Source of the DNA: Azolla caroliniana
Lineage: Eukaryota > Plantae > Polypodiophyta
DNA length: 64,000 nt
NCBI GenBank assembly: GCA_043228905.1
Contig: JBHGNT010000006.1
Span: 16,058,001 to 16,122,000 of the forward strand
Direction: 5' to 3'
The notes beneath the pieces are model-generated. The model did not search any database. It was not told where the DNA came from and worked only from the letters and a program-made list of their open reading frames with translations. Shown here piece by piece: positions 62,683-64,000 of the stretch (positions within the stretch are counted from its first letter, which is position 1; each line of letters begins with the position of its first letter). Made by a program: the position numbers and the translations under genes.

Positions 62683-64000
62683 TGTGTGCGGAAATGACGC
62701 TCGACCACAACCGAGTCTTCAACAAGGAATAGAAGAGAACAAACTAAAACAGAGATGACACAGGATGTTTACGTGGAAAACCCTAAATGGGAAAAACCAC
62801 GGGAGCCCACGGACTCCAACTATCACTATAAGGGGAAGATTACAATGTGAGACTCAGAGGCAATGACCTCAAGGTCTATGTCTTCACCAACCGGCTGTTA
62901 CAACAGAAAACTCGTTTTGTATCTCTCCCTCTCTCTCTCACGCTCTGTGTACAACGATGATACAACAACAACTCACCTCACATCATCAGTAAAGTGATTG
63001 CCCTAAGTCATATTTATACTTATATGACTTTTGGGCTATTTACAAATATAGCTTCATTGGGCTTATCCTAACATATTTACAAATATGTCCTTGGATTCAG
63101 TTCGCACCGGATCCATCCAGATTCACTGGTTTCGGTTTCCGGATGTTATCCTGAACCCTTCTGAATATGGCATCTTCATCCGACTCGTTCGATTTGGCTC
63201 CTTTGGTTCTCATTCGGATCCCATCCGGAGGGACCAAATTCCCAACAAACTCCCCCTTCACTCTGGCATGAGATTTCTCGTTAATCCGATCCGTCTTCAG
63301 CACGCGTCCAACTTGTCGGGTTGAAAGCACCTTGGTCAGCATATCCGATGCATTCTCCTTTGTGTGGATCTTCATCAGCACGAAGTCTTGATCTTCTACC
63401 TTCTCCCGGAGCCAGTGATATCTCCTCTGGATGTGCTTGGTCCAGGAATGGTAGGCCGCATTCTTCGCATGGTGGATGGCACTTTGACTGTCGCATTAGA
63501 GTCGGAATTCCTCCTACTGGATCCCTACCTCTCCGATGATGTCCTTCATCCAGATTATCTCCTTGCCGGCTTCCACAACTGCCATGTACTCCACTTCCGT
63601 TGTCGACAGTGCAACGGACTTCTGCAACCTCGACTGCCATGATACAACTCCCCTTGCATAAGTCATGACATATCCGGATGTAGACTGGCTAGTATCTGCA
63701 TCAGCCAACATATCCGAATCCGTGAATCTGTCAAGTTGGGGTTTACTAGAGCCGAACCGGAGGCACATACTCGAGGTGCCTTTCAAGTACTAGAGTATCC
63801 ACTTGACCGCGTTCCAGTGCTCTTTTCCGGGATTGCTCATGAATTGGCTGACTACTCTGACAACATATGCAATATCCGGCCTAGTGCACACCATTGCATA
63901 CATTAGGCTTCCGACGGCAGAGGCATATGGTATCTTTGTCATATCCGACTTGTCTGCCTTTGTCTTTGGGCTCTGCTTTCCGGACAACTTGCAATTTGCC
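62683..64000 (-). mobile_element. Tnt1-like copia 3' end (3' LTR ~62683-63247, PPT 63248-63260, RT/RNase H); runs off the window
   Basis: PYASAVGSLMYAMVCTRPDI, SWQSRLQKSVALSTTE, KIHTKENASDMLTK; TGAAGGGGGAGTT-TGTTGGG on the minus strand. Confidence 0.88.

Overview
Eukaryotic, TE-dense genomic DNA, most likely from a non-seed land plant (fern, lycophyte or moss; inferred from the retroelement types, plant tRNA primer sites and the host gene). About 75% of the window is nested, mostly decayed Ty1/copia and Ty3/gypsy LTR retrotransposons. One host gene, an MBR/HIP1-like RING-H2 E3 ligase, lies on the minus strand at ~43.3-52 kb. The standout is a complete 7.6-kb cut-and-paste DNA transposon at 14671-22256 (37-bp TIRs, TAACA target duplication) inserted in a copia LTR. 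It encodes an intact 889-aa Sola-like DDD transposase with a BAH-like tail. Divergently, it encodes a six-exon gene for a ParB-like domain fused to a bacterial-type beta-class N6A/N4C DNA methyltransferase. Secondary findings are a conserved -1 frameshift cassette between protease and RT in two gypsy elements, and tRNA-like Pol III boxes inside three different LTR-like sequences. All family assignments come from motif recognition by eye; no database searches were run.
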